From positions 1 through 64,000 of IMG/VR virus record IMGVR_UViG_3300035698_020096: a stretch of 64,000 bases of DNA; one strand, 5' to 3'. Positions within the stretch are counted from its first letter, which is position 1. Every line of letters begins with the position of its first letter. The translations under genes were made by a program, and so were the position numbers. The notes below the pieces were generated by a model that was not told the DNA's origin, did not search any database, and was given only the letters and a program-made list of their open reading frames with translations. Source of the DNA: a virus. This document shows, piece by piece, positions 19,901 to 26,185 of this stretch.

Positions 19901-22308
19901 TCAATAGCAAATACATTTTTAACGTGAGACATAGTTTCAGTAACACCGATAATGTTACCTCTAGTCATAGCAAGTAATTGCTTAACTGTTCTATCTGCTG
20001 CCTTACTAGCTACTGCTTTAGATTTAAACTTAGACCCTAAACCTAAACTATATTTCTCTTCTATGTTGCTAAGACTATCTCTAGAATTAACCCCGGTTTC
20101 ATCTAGTCCTAATACTTTGAGTAAACTATTTCTATTACCATGCTTACTAGTGAGTTCTTGAAGACTGCTATTATATTCGGTCTCCATTCTCAGAGAACCA
20201 ATCCTCCTATAATCTTCATTAGTAAAGTCAGATAAAGAGGGTCTTCCTTCTGTCCATCCTTTAGGTTTATATCTTCCATTTCCACTATCTACAGCAGCTT
20301 TACCTAATAGGTAATGAACCCTTTCTGTCATAGGCTCTAAGACTTTATCCCTATAGTTCCTAATATCAACAGAGATATAAGCTTGATTATTAATTAGTAA
20401 ATCAAATAGATTCTCTTGTATTTCATTTCTATATATAGACCTTCTATTTGATTCTCTTTTACCTGTTAGTTCATTAAGAGAAGTTTGCCGACTATTATCA
20501 GGTCCAAACTCCCCTCCAAAGTCTCCTCCCTTACCGTAGTACAAGTCATTGTCATATTGAAGTAACCATACTTGGTTTAGGTTCATATAGACTTCTACTC
20601 TTTTATCTGAACCCATCCCCCTCTTACCCTGAGCATAAGAAAGTATAGACCGTAAACCCTGACCTATGTCCCCCGCTAGTCCTACTTGGCCCCCAGTAAA
20701 AGCTTCACCCCCTGTTGCTCTTCTAATCCCTCCAATAGCTAATCCTCTAGTTTGGAGGAATAGATGAGTATCAACATATTCCTTAGCTTTTTCTTCCTCT
20801 ATAGAATCACTCTTTTTAGATAAACCTTTAGATTCAAGAGTACCTACATCTCTCATACTCATATAATCTCTAAGGTCAGCTCCAGTATCTCTATAGTTTT
20901 TATTTATAAGTCTTATCTTCTCAGTAATAGAAGCAGTACTATCAAATCCACTGGATACAGGGTTTAATATACTTCTCATTCGATTATGAAAGATAACTAT
21001 TTCTTCATAGTTAGACCCTGCTTGCACTACTGAGTTACCTACTGGGGAAGTTAAGTTAAACGAACCCAACATTGCATATCTTTCAGTGGTATATGCCTTA
21101 GGGTGATACATGCCTTCTGACATCATCTCCAAGGTAAAAGAGGGAAGAAGTTTAGCTATCTTACTATTTATATCTAAAGCCCTTTCTTCACTAGATATAG
21201 CAATCTTATTAGAAGCTGTAGCGCTTGCCTCTAAATCAAACTCTTTATCTAATATCTTCTTTTGAAGAATATATAGTCTTTCCATAACCACTATATTAGG
21301 CCCTAGAATCTGGTGTCCTACCATATTTCTTCTATCCCCTTCAGTAGGGCCAGCTAGTCTTAATTGAAACTTAAACTCACCTCTAGCTATACGCCCACTT
21401 TCCCTTTCTAATTTCTTAACTAGTACATCAGCTACCGCTTTATTCTGCAGTTGAAATAAATCAATAGTTAATTCTTTCTCAGCACTTTCAATAAAGGCTA
21501 CAGCTGAACGTATACCTGGTTTAGCTACATAATCTGTCTCTGTAAGTATCTGATTAGATACTTCTCTAACCCTCTCAGTTATATCGGTAAACTTCCCATA
21601 TTGTCTATTAAGATTAGAAGACTCTCTACTTCTTATTAATTCTTGATGATATTCAGATACACGTCTAGTAGCTCCTACTTCTTCGGTAACTAATACATTA
21701 TTCATTAACCAATTACCTGAAGCTATAGTTACTCTATCTCCACCCCATTGGTGTGAGTTATACCATCCCATTGGTTTAGTAACATATAACCCTCCATATA
21801 AAGATTTATTCCCTACTTGAGTCACATCATGTTTAAATAGATGTTGGTATGTTCCGGAAGAAACATAGCCTTCCCATTCTTCTCTTCTTCTATCCTGTTC
21901 TTTACTACTGAGAGTATCATCAAAGAAGCCTTTATCTAATCCAATATTAAAGTTACCTATAACTCTATTTATAACCTTAGTACCACTTAAGGTCAAGTCA
22001 AACACATCCTGAGAGAAAGAAGAAAATGCGTTCCTACCTAAAGCTCTAAGGACTTCAGTCTGAGGGTCTATATTACCTGTACTAACTGATTCAGTAGATA
22101 GCTTCTTCTGCCAACCCTTTCTATTTACTTCTCTCTTTTCACTAGTTAAACCTCTATATGAGCTTTGATATCCAACAATTAAATTACCAGATTCGTATGT
22201 ATCTGTTCTTTCTTTATTCCATGAAAGATGGAAGTTAACCGCACCTCTAAGAGCATCATCAACCCCCATATTTCTAAATGCTGAATCATAATTCTGTATC
22301 AATGCCAT
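7939..22308 (-). CDS. giant (4,789 aa) putative virion protein: two PLD-like nuclease domains, single-chain double-psi-beta-barrel RNA polymerase, hydrophobic C-terminus
   Basis: PLD-type motifs: HPK...GSFNL...NYE (H402) and HVK...GSSNF...SE (H795). Polymerase-type motifs: GGGKRVEGTGGLPK (K1923/K1933), FRSPP (R3470), GDFDGD (D3531-D3535), LGKTYN and DGIK. No Cys found. Confidence 0.85.
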   Translation of the reverse strand: MALIQNYDSAFRNMGVDDALRGAVNFHLSWNKERTDTYESGNLIVGYQSSYRGLTSEKREVNRKGWQKKLSTESVSTGNIDPQTEVLRALGRNAFSSFSQDVFDLTLSGTKVINRVIGNFNIGLDKGFFDDTLSSKEQDRRREEWEGYVSSGTYQHLFKHDVTQVGNKSLYGGLYVTKPMGWYNSHQWGGDRVTIASGNWLMNNVLVTEEVGATRRVSEYHQELIRSRESSNLNRQYGKFTDITERVREVSNQILTETDYVAKPGIRSAVAFIESAEKELTIDLFQLQNKAVADVLVKKLERESGRIARGEFKFQLRLAGPTEGDRRNMVGHQILGPNIVVMERLYILQKKILDKEFDLEASATASNKIAISSEERALDINSKIAKLLPSFTLEMMSEGMYHPKAYTTERYAMLGSFNLTSPVGNSVVQAGSNYEEIVIFHNRMRSILNPVSSGFDSTASITEKIRLINKNYRDTGADLRDYMSMRDVGTLESKGLSKKSDSIEEEKAKEYVDTHLFLQTRGLAIGGIRRATGGEAFTGGQVGLAGDIGQGLRSILSYAQGKRGMGSDKRVEVYMNLNQVWLLQYDNDLYYGKGGDFGGEFGPDNSRQTSLNELTGKRESNRRSIYRNEIQENLFDLLINNQAYISVDIRNYRDKVLEPMTERVHYLLGKAAVDSGNGRYKPKGWTEGRPSLSDFTNEDYRRIGSLRMETEYNSSLQELTSKHGNRNSLLKVLGLDETGVNSRDSLSNIEEKYSLGLGSKFKSKAVASKAADRTVKQLLAMTRGNIIGVTETMSHVKNVFAIERTGMGLGEDTYRHIASITGSSNFGSESMAFSRDDKEAVSSEVGVIALAREMREHAKSKGILYRNEEENLGADLENFYAQQGTDREREWRRLTQTTVGNVDTSLEGTRASWENKVNALGIAEITARVKQLNKDMGLDTGGLGVKNIYGQGGSLLALELTINPADMVGYRGFQDTNVGFNPIKFRLTSLKGGMGTNQGFVYLIDQNKVIGNSLFVNNTDTDIGGIPYGEGSFVRNDETGEYELNPRVVKSKEALRLSPVDSLINVVSTLAAETTYRTLVAEPMAYMKALKESQYDAQTTRLATAGLGYLEYLSRGHIASGGTDSSAGTFLLDNSLSDYEISKLISTFTTKHLGERVSGTSKRALELTGGGIYDKLAKGEGLANRGLTKEQIYGDTDLALRRSVLSHLELIRDVNREITDPKVSRERRSALESLKKDAVGAIRETFDRYMGLESVSTFQSDIALGILESRKDFLYATKLKSDIKEVKAGMLEPFITQSGASTYGTSQAWFKNPLYGINNNQQIFIDKLNKGEAFYRYALAQSYIFGPANTTGKGTEGAIRGVADGSGISASQETTGLSVYGINKTPTGDVSSVQLASFAGVGYINTRDQYVTYISELLYDKYSSSLRTLGIANTDELVDRIQSGEALPNGLNKDFKDLIDATPFKDETVNESINYTFNVAKKASQIPQRLKNVLGGRPMFELDRELSYRLTTKGDVSGLINERVTGIKVDLMSQLAKKESWGIKRAVEILRDVVGTSNLGMYNPSRVIEKVVERASLERLSVNSEELMGSLRTMWSRVETTVGTDLNTAVVSDAGFRTVVNSEIANLIEEAKKELKDEFGFLDNEFLPGSTSIARKLLLTRAKLADSMAGGIKGFTGNKEGFDPIVLVQLTGDYSDYAWANPLYGSSTDDREFVKSKLRSVGYDWKRLDKVSQAEVIGRMGTMSGFIDKSEKRQKSSKLSEEWSHKGVMLANRGDIVTFDSDTNRVLVWGSAEEMMKQGGGIPKEIVSMDKLTGEAKLELVRATLGDSFDRYYTYSDTEGNYVTKSVVDSRDQVGALTEVIDNFRTINDLPNVSKLDRQAWYRASENSVEYVLDSKQLMGNADNNQLLWEMVYLRSIMVGGGKRVEGTGGLPKAVLKFTGLEELYQVPGSKTDFFSYVTEQLNRNKAGATGDIDVGQVFGLFSPSNLKSYFYSHGSTIIRNKKYLEPLIGSLETQQGGITGKGLIASLMMGFEDSWISDKGIGSQIKTQLFESAMKGELGEWFRNQALGAVLTGVSKNEEIRGHLERLGVKQDLSKLSQILDSTSDIYIDTLELRTELGRVFGEAVFKESTDLFNAQQTPSLQLLDDTKVLGALKGYQEDMDYMKGFIRTRLLESIGDKGSVGVTKRDFIRIDDSREREATLIAASIDLVEQLKAQTAGIEVPTEIDYSNDRIIQQLAFIMGDADLDKIQMARDLREKKLALDNLNQEEQEALDYLEITRAIVRGYTHKSTVLRMFIGPMASQSKESLGSKHSGSLEFQHLMKPMATIVTSFEETGSIASLRKVVANMMSVVSEGSTMTGLEMDLAKRGFTDRKIYDFTDIRLASQLDKSKFVGLYAGYSAINKEQLTQIEKDYSIYGELSRQVIEAHLNVLAVAVDKDQRMDSLRTVHDLLIASPNYGELYRDPFTGEVSVTDSKGDRIRKIFGIAYKPQAEGGLGLSTEIQDIPGLIDKVSDERLMAIGREYQMDPNKPFGMGSVAPVLDNLKYKGFSFSLPMIYQLSNESAEGSMKIQLDFNDRRYSYLMGGEELKAIGDSYGSFVDELVAKNLALASAFTPGTLMSQVREKMTRAQLSGDSDIDLNKEEVLALRQFYGVAIGETGVIRTMAEASTGTRIQGMMAHKTKYPGAVSSPAASWMVPAGHMVLAQEAIRRYTGISPIREEISSELRVGMTNLDESSPLYNKEKAVYQSAIRATESGLSQVGGDLLNLVGKYKREFQSLDLNIQGDKDKAKDISNRLQSAIDNIGVADTSGDNFGKQLALLEIVKIDIALGDIAKNVEAKEIILLSKGYIDYLNKTRTTAFESIEAISNTRKAVTSIIKSGLYEDILARVNSLSLEKSKINDITELVKIAIEDGKGASVLATIIDEELPSLSPKAKARLNEEVYSRLNLNNELNFLQQQRKGLEGRLFLSGSKVSLTPEERRAIDTALGTGAFSKIKDGFSSLSKERENIRSLLSITEDYMVTRGPIDIEEFSRIVRGELPSLSGTTVTAIEERFTAFNQRLTFREQMDIRQNERKDIATRLKSSKGGVGLNQEERQGYVESLRIITDNIKELADKQKKLGSVDKLPTDIATLLLKEYTDLNEYNLNKLKNYFRGVVSDDKLLAYIKEITKQELIPSKVGTILLSDFNKAEEANYEILRQEFKGVISDANLDSFVKEAISKNIEGKDLLEYKKLLNQRVGVLKNSIKEYDLKLEGPSSEIKYKSKFSSFTYATEEEANQAIKAYQTSTINETLDKTLDKTIANKGLMEGSYKGRVKAFSFDNDYLKGLSSDGDRRDMFSFVLGEMSGGFTKVVTELESRDTNTFKISEEHKGITDSNRQDIKSLIKVIDTLQSGVTSKSISSSDVEAIDKLIGKKTSANAYSLLGTSKEEVEKAGAFSLEGKKGFNRAISLLEVSMNTLDITDSLEALSFRSPPVGGTEQQRMTVGLIQDIGLLNQYSQNLQGNKASFENSVRNKGLSLVAPISFLTMNLGDFDGDQYTTIFSQFMSAQRDIEKSNILIRKKERDLDRLEKTIGNTSEPDLVAKATDKIIKLRSDIEQERSKIVDNNSRLDIWKENLNSSDFTRATKKEVANFLGIRKEFLMSKEEGGFQKTSPSLDLIFTEIYFGRDLFGGMEGVIDGTNSIKSVLNNIFNENLDIAGHNTSLFELLSNQSNVNKLDQTLVASLESIVRNDRDRKNESTYMSLLMVDQEARRTVLDTVKESLNSYLIPLNEQGKGQEELDREVVMAHASSSFYARYRGLPGLQGVLAQGAGANMTLNAYDSMVKVMGEAGGIVLGKTYNTFIGTLYSDSPLLALNHVLKDDGTREVLRQGGFFDKPKEGVIKGGVDVHMTEDTFYSELDKSSQQSEGILSFIKSVNQLLRDGIKPKGGSGMLDDMKNFAVEYESLSSDPLAQQALVREKASMFGPSGSNVGMSAFMELSDLIGQRESLRKPGLNNEVRMDNSGELISPWGNDQFGDTESILRTKFGMGGDEFDRLSTELLKNYSKDRVSAFDVAALKTQRSLETLIIAYRYNTDTGAEEYEKGSQLGFMTNVKKGTLGLMEQQGIYNPALDEKANLQTYIDSKFSERTAEGSRNLYILEQMFGKDREDIKRNYLDISSKDIRDGRRPDMTMEALSMVEIIENTTQATRGMMGLAGEGFQRFTSLEGARQEAVSVIGGRSEREINPGMGADIWTSLMNLAGSNKLSSHAIPVIWEAFGSSEVLSSMYQSGADHIEGLLPSLLSGVIVTGEGDNRQMSFATKGGRNVDQKEEENMRLMIHRIISEGKDIEVEVGEGSDRVKKNLTKYITDKLETTATVAKGKALVEMMNKLYGPQADVESYLNGSIFVEGIVNRKTLIEQERVKARDELALQGLDINNKANKEQINRVANERVNSYTSQLQGKYESAMDEFMFMSQKERRKVNNNRMPQEINANPGFDYMNVLKAESNANKLSGIQDFIIPAALTLIGSAVLGGRLDREALGDVVGSSLIAASMSKGSILSSMLSQRIGLPSNLEGTKKGGIAKGAISAGIKGIGSSFKLNLALQESEGDLSKAMAISAGRELGFALGAMVLAPAIEKGVTNSFFYMSHMMKGQRELFEKTKIGKLSKEDKLMYMLGSTKGAIDSDSYVGTKGTALTVSGAILSGVLGMMMEGLTGHLVAGMHDTGRVNDFAVIDQALDALNNSRARDQSISAERESSPDVFNEQGEAVYAEDISPLDAELFHLAVDTEWMAIDQLDLQVTSEGNYELMIT

Positions 22309-22411
22309 ATTCTATATCTCTCTAAATCTTTAATATATTCTCGTTTAATCTAAAGGGACTTTCTCATGCATAACATGAATTTAGTTAACTAGTCACCTAC
22401 ATTCACCCATT

Positions 22412-22458
22412 TTATATCCCACGGCTAAAGCACATGGGTTTTACTGTGCTTTCTATAA
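22412..22458 (+). mobile_element. isolated IS200/IS605-family terminal hairpin remnant
   Basis: TTATATCCCACGGCTAAAGCACATGGGTTTTACTGTGCTTTCTATAA resembles the TATATCCC..GCTAAAGC..GGGTTTTACGGC..TAA ends of IS200/IS605 elements; no transposase gene nearby. Confidence 0.55.
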
Positions 22459-22645
22459 TTCCATATAGCCATATCAAGCCACCATTAGTTCAACATGAGA
22501 GTCTGAGTCTTAGTTCCTTTTTCAATTAATATTTAATATTCTTCCCAATCTTTCATTCATATAAATGATTTTAATACTTCCCACATATATTTAATAACAT
22601 CTGTTATATTTAAATAGACCAATCAATTATTTATCAAACAACATT

Positions 22646-23092
22646 ATGGCACCAGAACGTTCAAATCTATTAACTATTGAATTCCCTGAGTTTACTCTAC
22701 CTTCTGGTAAAGTAGTAGCATTTCGTTCCATTACCTTCCGAGAACGTCGAAAGTTAATGAAAGATTATAAAGGTAGAGAGGAAGGTTATGCAGCAGAAGA
22801 CTTGTTTGCTGCGTATGCTTTATCTAAAGAAGATGGTATGCCTGTAGCAGACGATTGGGCTATTGATGGTGGAGTTATTGCTAGATTAGACCATTGGTCT
22901 ATGAAAGACTTTGCTTATTATCTTGAAGTATTTGTTAGAACCATTGGTTTAGAAGAAGACGAACGTACTAGTGCTGAATCCGCAGCAAAAAAGATGGTGG
23001 CAGCAAGTGGTACTCAGCAAGTGAATACTACCAATCAATCTTTACCCAAGGGGCTCAAAGTACAACCATCTGGTGGTACTACCGGTTTATAA
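22646..23092 (+). CDS. putative tail assembly chaperone (short form)
   Basis: FTLPSGKVVAFRSITFRERRKL N-terminus; contains an in-frame A_AAA_AAG slippery site. Confidence 0.7.
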   Translation: MAPERSNLLTIEFPEFTLPSGKVVAFRSITFRERRKLMKDYKGREEGYAAEDLFAAYALSKEDGMPVADDWAIDGGVIARLDHWSMKDFAYYLEVFVRTIGLEEDERTSAESAAKKMVAASGTQQVNTTNQSLPKGLKVQPSGGTTGL

Positions 23093-23613
23093 ATCCTTCA
23101 TTAATATATAATCAATCCACAAGGTTAGGCGGTATTTTAGATTACTCATTTGAACCTAAGAATCTAAGTCGATATCTAAGCTGCCCTTATCTAGCTAAAT
23201 ACATATCTGTACTACATATATCCGATAATACTTATGTAACTGCTATACGAAAGCTAGGCTTAATTCCTAATATCCTATTCTTCTCTAGAAGATATATATC
23301 AGCTGAGTTCTATGTTATGAAAGCATTAATTATAGATGCTATAGCAGATAATATTAGGAAGCAAGCCCATCTTGATGATTGGATAAGAGTAGCTAATATC
23401 TGTAATATTGGCTTACTAGATGGGTTTGGATTCTTAGACCTCTGTGAGTTCTGGAGAACCGCTCTATTAAAGAGTATTAATGATTATATTAAACAACAGA
23501 ATGATTCTCAGAAGGAGGTAATGAGATCTATAGAAAGTAAGATGGATAAAGATATTTCACATAATAGTGTTTTCTCTAGTATTCCTAGTACTAAACACAT
23601 GTTAGGTAATTAG
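22646..23613 (+). CDS. putative tail assembly chaperone long form via -1 programmed frameshift (about 322 aa)
   Basis: GCA AAA AAG with the heptamer at 22987-22993. The -1 frame is open from 22978 to 23613 with no ATG until 23317. Confidence 0.75.
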
Positions 23614-23650
23614 ACTCATTGCCTTGTGATTGAAACTTATCTTTACTTAC

Positions 23651-23689
23651 GAATGGAGTATGTTCCGTATATATATATATACTCCATTC
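23651..23689 (+). terminator. hairpin, probable terminator
   Basis: GAATGGAGTAT...ATACTCCATTC with a (TA)n loop, between the chaperone and portal genes. Confidence 0.55.
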
Positions 23690-23718
23690 TCTATAGTTGA
23701 TAAACAAATATATTTAAT

Positions 23719-25107
23719 ATGGATAAAAGTCCTTCAGAAGAATCTAATTCCACAATAGTCACATTACCCCCTATTGAGATATCTCCTAGATATAGAAGGA
23801 GACCTATATATCTAGGGCAGATGGGTAAGGCTATATCTTATATAGCAAATGACAACGATATATTTACAACTTGTGTAAGGCCTAGTACAGAGCAATTGGC
23901 TCTATGGGATTCAGCTACTAGGAAAGAACCTATTATCTTTGATGGTCTACAAAAGATGACCTTAGCTATTAAAGCTAAGCTAGGTACTTACACGCATCCT
24001 ACACACCCTGAGATTACTAAGTTTGTCAGGGCTAATACAAAAAGATTAAAGAAATGGATAGGAGATGCAGCTCATATGGCTTTATGGTCAGGTTCTGCTA
24101 CTGGTGAAATAGTTCATGAGAGAAGAAAAGGACCTAATGGGGAATGGCAAGTATGGGTCAAGGATATAGTATTCTATCATCCTTTAGACCCCTTATTTAT
24201 AGTTAATCAAAACGGTGCTTTAACGCATGGGGAGAAGTTGATTAATAGTCCTTTTCTAACGGGAGTATGGGTTCCTTGTTCTCAATCTCTTATTAATAGA
24301 GGTAGGAGTCTCGGTCCTTCCTTCAGTGGCTCTCATGTTAGATTACCTAAGACCAAGGTATTTCATACTACTCTTAATGGTCAAAGTAATAATCCTTATG
24401 GTATATCTCAATTAGAGGCAGCTATTAAATATCATATATATAAAGAAGCCTTCCTTGAAATGCAAGGGGCTGCCTTAGATAGGTATGGTACTCCTCTTAT
24501 ATATGCAGTAGTTCCAATGCAACCTACTAAGGATGATATTGAAGAGCCTGATGGAACTACTAGAAAGAAATGGTATCACGAGTTAGCTACTGAGTTACTA
24601 TCTGATTTAAGAGGGCAACAATCTATTGTTCTAACTCAGATGGACAAAGACCATCCAGTTAAATTAGAAACCCTTACTACAGGTAATAACTTTAGTGATG
24701 CTTTTAATCAAGCCATTGACCTATGTGATGATAACATAATGATTGCTATGGGTATACCCAACCTAATTCTTAAAGATAAGAATCAAGGCTTAGGTACTGG
24801 GGGTGCAGCTGAAAGACAGATGGAAGCCTACCATATGTTCATAGGAGAGATATATGAGACTATTACTGATGCAATACTTGAACAGGTTATATCTCCTTTA
24901 ATCCTATGGAACTTTGATTATCAAGTCTATACTGAAGCTTATGACCACGGAGGCTTTGGTAGTAAGGCTATTAGAACTTCAGAGAATGCAGTTCAAGCTA
25001 CATATATTGAGAAGTTAGTAAACATGGGAATTGTTGACCCAACTGATTCCCGAGATAGAGACTGGGTAAGGGATTTATTTAATGCTCCTATTACAAGAGA
25101 TGAATAA
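23719..25107 (+). CDS. portal protein (Mu gp29/DUF935-like)
   Basis: NPYGISQLE...YK...LDRYGTP motif, 462 aa, upstream of the protease and capsid genes. Confidence 0.8.
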   Translation: MDKSPSEESNSTIVTLPPIEISPRYRRRPIYLGQMGKAISYIANDNDIFTTCVRPSTEQLALWDSATRKEPIIFDGLQKMTLAIKAKLGTYTHPTHPEITKFVRANTKRLKKWIGDAAHMALWSGSATGEIVHERRKGPNGEWQVWVKDIVFYHPLDPLFIVNQNGALTHGEKLINSPFLTGVWVPCSQSLINRGRSLGPSFSGSHVRLPKTKVFHTTLNGQSNNPYGISQLEAAIKYHIYKEAFLEMQGAALDRYGTPLIYAVVPMQPTKDDIEEPDGTTRKKWYHELATELLSDLRGQQSIVLTQMDKDHPVKLETLTTGNNFSDAFNQAIDLCDDNIMIAMGIPNLILKDKNQGLGTGGAAERQMEAYHMFIGEIYETITDAILEQVISPLILWNFDYQVYTEAYDHGGFGSKAIRTSENAVQATYIEKLVNMGIVDPTDSRDRDWVRDLFNAPITRDE

Positions 25108-25145
25108 GATTCCTATTTAATAAGTTATGAAACAAAGGAGGTAAT

Positions 25146-26177
25146 TTGACTCACCATAAAGATTTAATAACAAAGGATATTCATGCTCCCTATTCTTTCC
25201 TATATCAAACTTCATTTGAAAGAACTAATAGTATTGGGTTTACAAATGATGATATAGGAAAGTTAGCCCGTCAGCTAAGTGATGATTCTATATGGATATT
25301 AGTAGATACCAGTCCTAGTTGGTTAAAAGTATTAGTACAAGGGGATTCAACTACACCTATCGGAATAGCTGGAGGTCATCTTACAGGCTTATATCCTAAT
25401 CCTACAGTTCTTCCAGACACCCATATTCATACCCCTGGTATTACCATTCCTCCTTATCCTGTAACATTACCTCCTTCTGGGCAAGCAGGTGGGGACTTAT
25501 TAGGGGATTATCCTAATCCTCTTTTAAGTCCCACTGGAGTGATAGAAGGTTATTACACAGCTCCCACATTAAGAGTAGATACTAAAGGTAGGATAATACA
25601 TATAGAATCTAATACTATAGGAGAAACTAATGAAGGTAATAACTTAGGCAATGGAGTAGGAATATATTCCCATAAGTTAAACCATTTACTTAATTTCAAG
25701 ACTTTAATATCTAATGGCACAGGTATTACATTAAGTTTCAGTCCTAATGAGATATTAATAGGCCAAGAAGGGTTAGCTAAATTAACTGGAGCGAGTTTCC
25801 TAGGCTTAGTTTCTACCCCTCAATTAGAAGTAGAAACATCTTTAGTAAATAAAGGTAGAACTACTTACACTGTATTTCAACCTGGGCCTTCTATTAGTTG
25901 GGCCCCAAATCCAGACAAAGGTACTATTCAATATATAGAAGTAGGAGCCAACTTTCATATAAGCTCAGTTATTAACCCTCAACCTGGGACCATTCTTAAG
26001 TTATATATAAAACAAAGTTCTATTGGGGGGCATATAATCTCTTTCGATACAGAATATAAGTTTCCTTCGGGAATGAATAATATACCTTCTTCAACTCCTA
26101 ACTCTTTAAATCTATTAGAAGTGGATATATTGAGTACCAACTTCTATTCTTGTAGACTATATACTGATATTAAGTAA
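25146..26177 (+). CDS. fibre/appendage-like structural protein
   Basis: AGGHLTGLYPNP / AGGDLLGDYPNP repeats and VDTKGRI, typical of phage fibres; AAGGAGG RBS with TTG start. Confidence 0.7.
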   Translation: MTHHKDLITKDIHAPYSFLYQTSFERTNSIGFTNDDIGKLARQLSDDSIWILVDTSPSWLKVLVQGDSTTPIGIAGGHLTGLYPNPTVLPDTHIHTPGITIPPYPVTLPPSGQAGGDLLGDYPNPLLSPTGVIEGYYTAPTLRVDTKGRIIHIESNTIGETNEGNNLGNGVGIYSHKLNHLLNFKTLISNGTGITLSFSPNEILIGQEGLAKLTGASFLGLVSTPQLEVETSLVNKGRTTYTVFQPGPSISWAPNPDKGTIQYIEVGANFHISSVINPQPGTILKLYIKQSSIGGHIISFDTEYKFPSGMNNIPSSTPNSLNLLEVDILSTNFYSCRLYTDIK

Positions 26178-26185
26178 TTCTATAC

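Noticed and set aside
15638-20161. Five short + strand ORFs inside the giant gene
   Set aside because: Antisense shadows of a long ORF, with Ser/Leu/Pro-rich composition and no RBS or motifs.
23317-23613. Standalone 98-aa gene
   Set aside because: Its frame is open for 113 codons upstream, back to a slippery heptamer, so it is better explained as the tail of a frameshift product.
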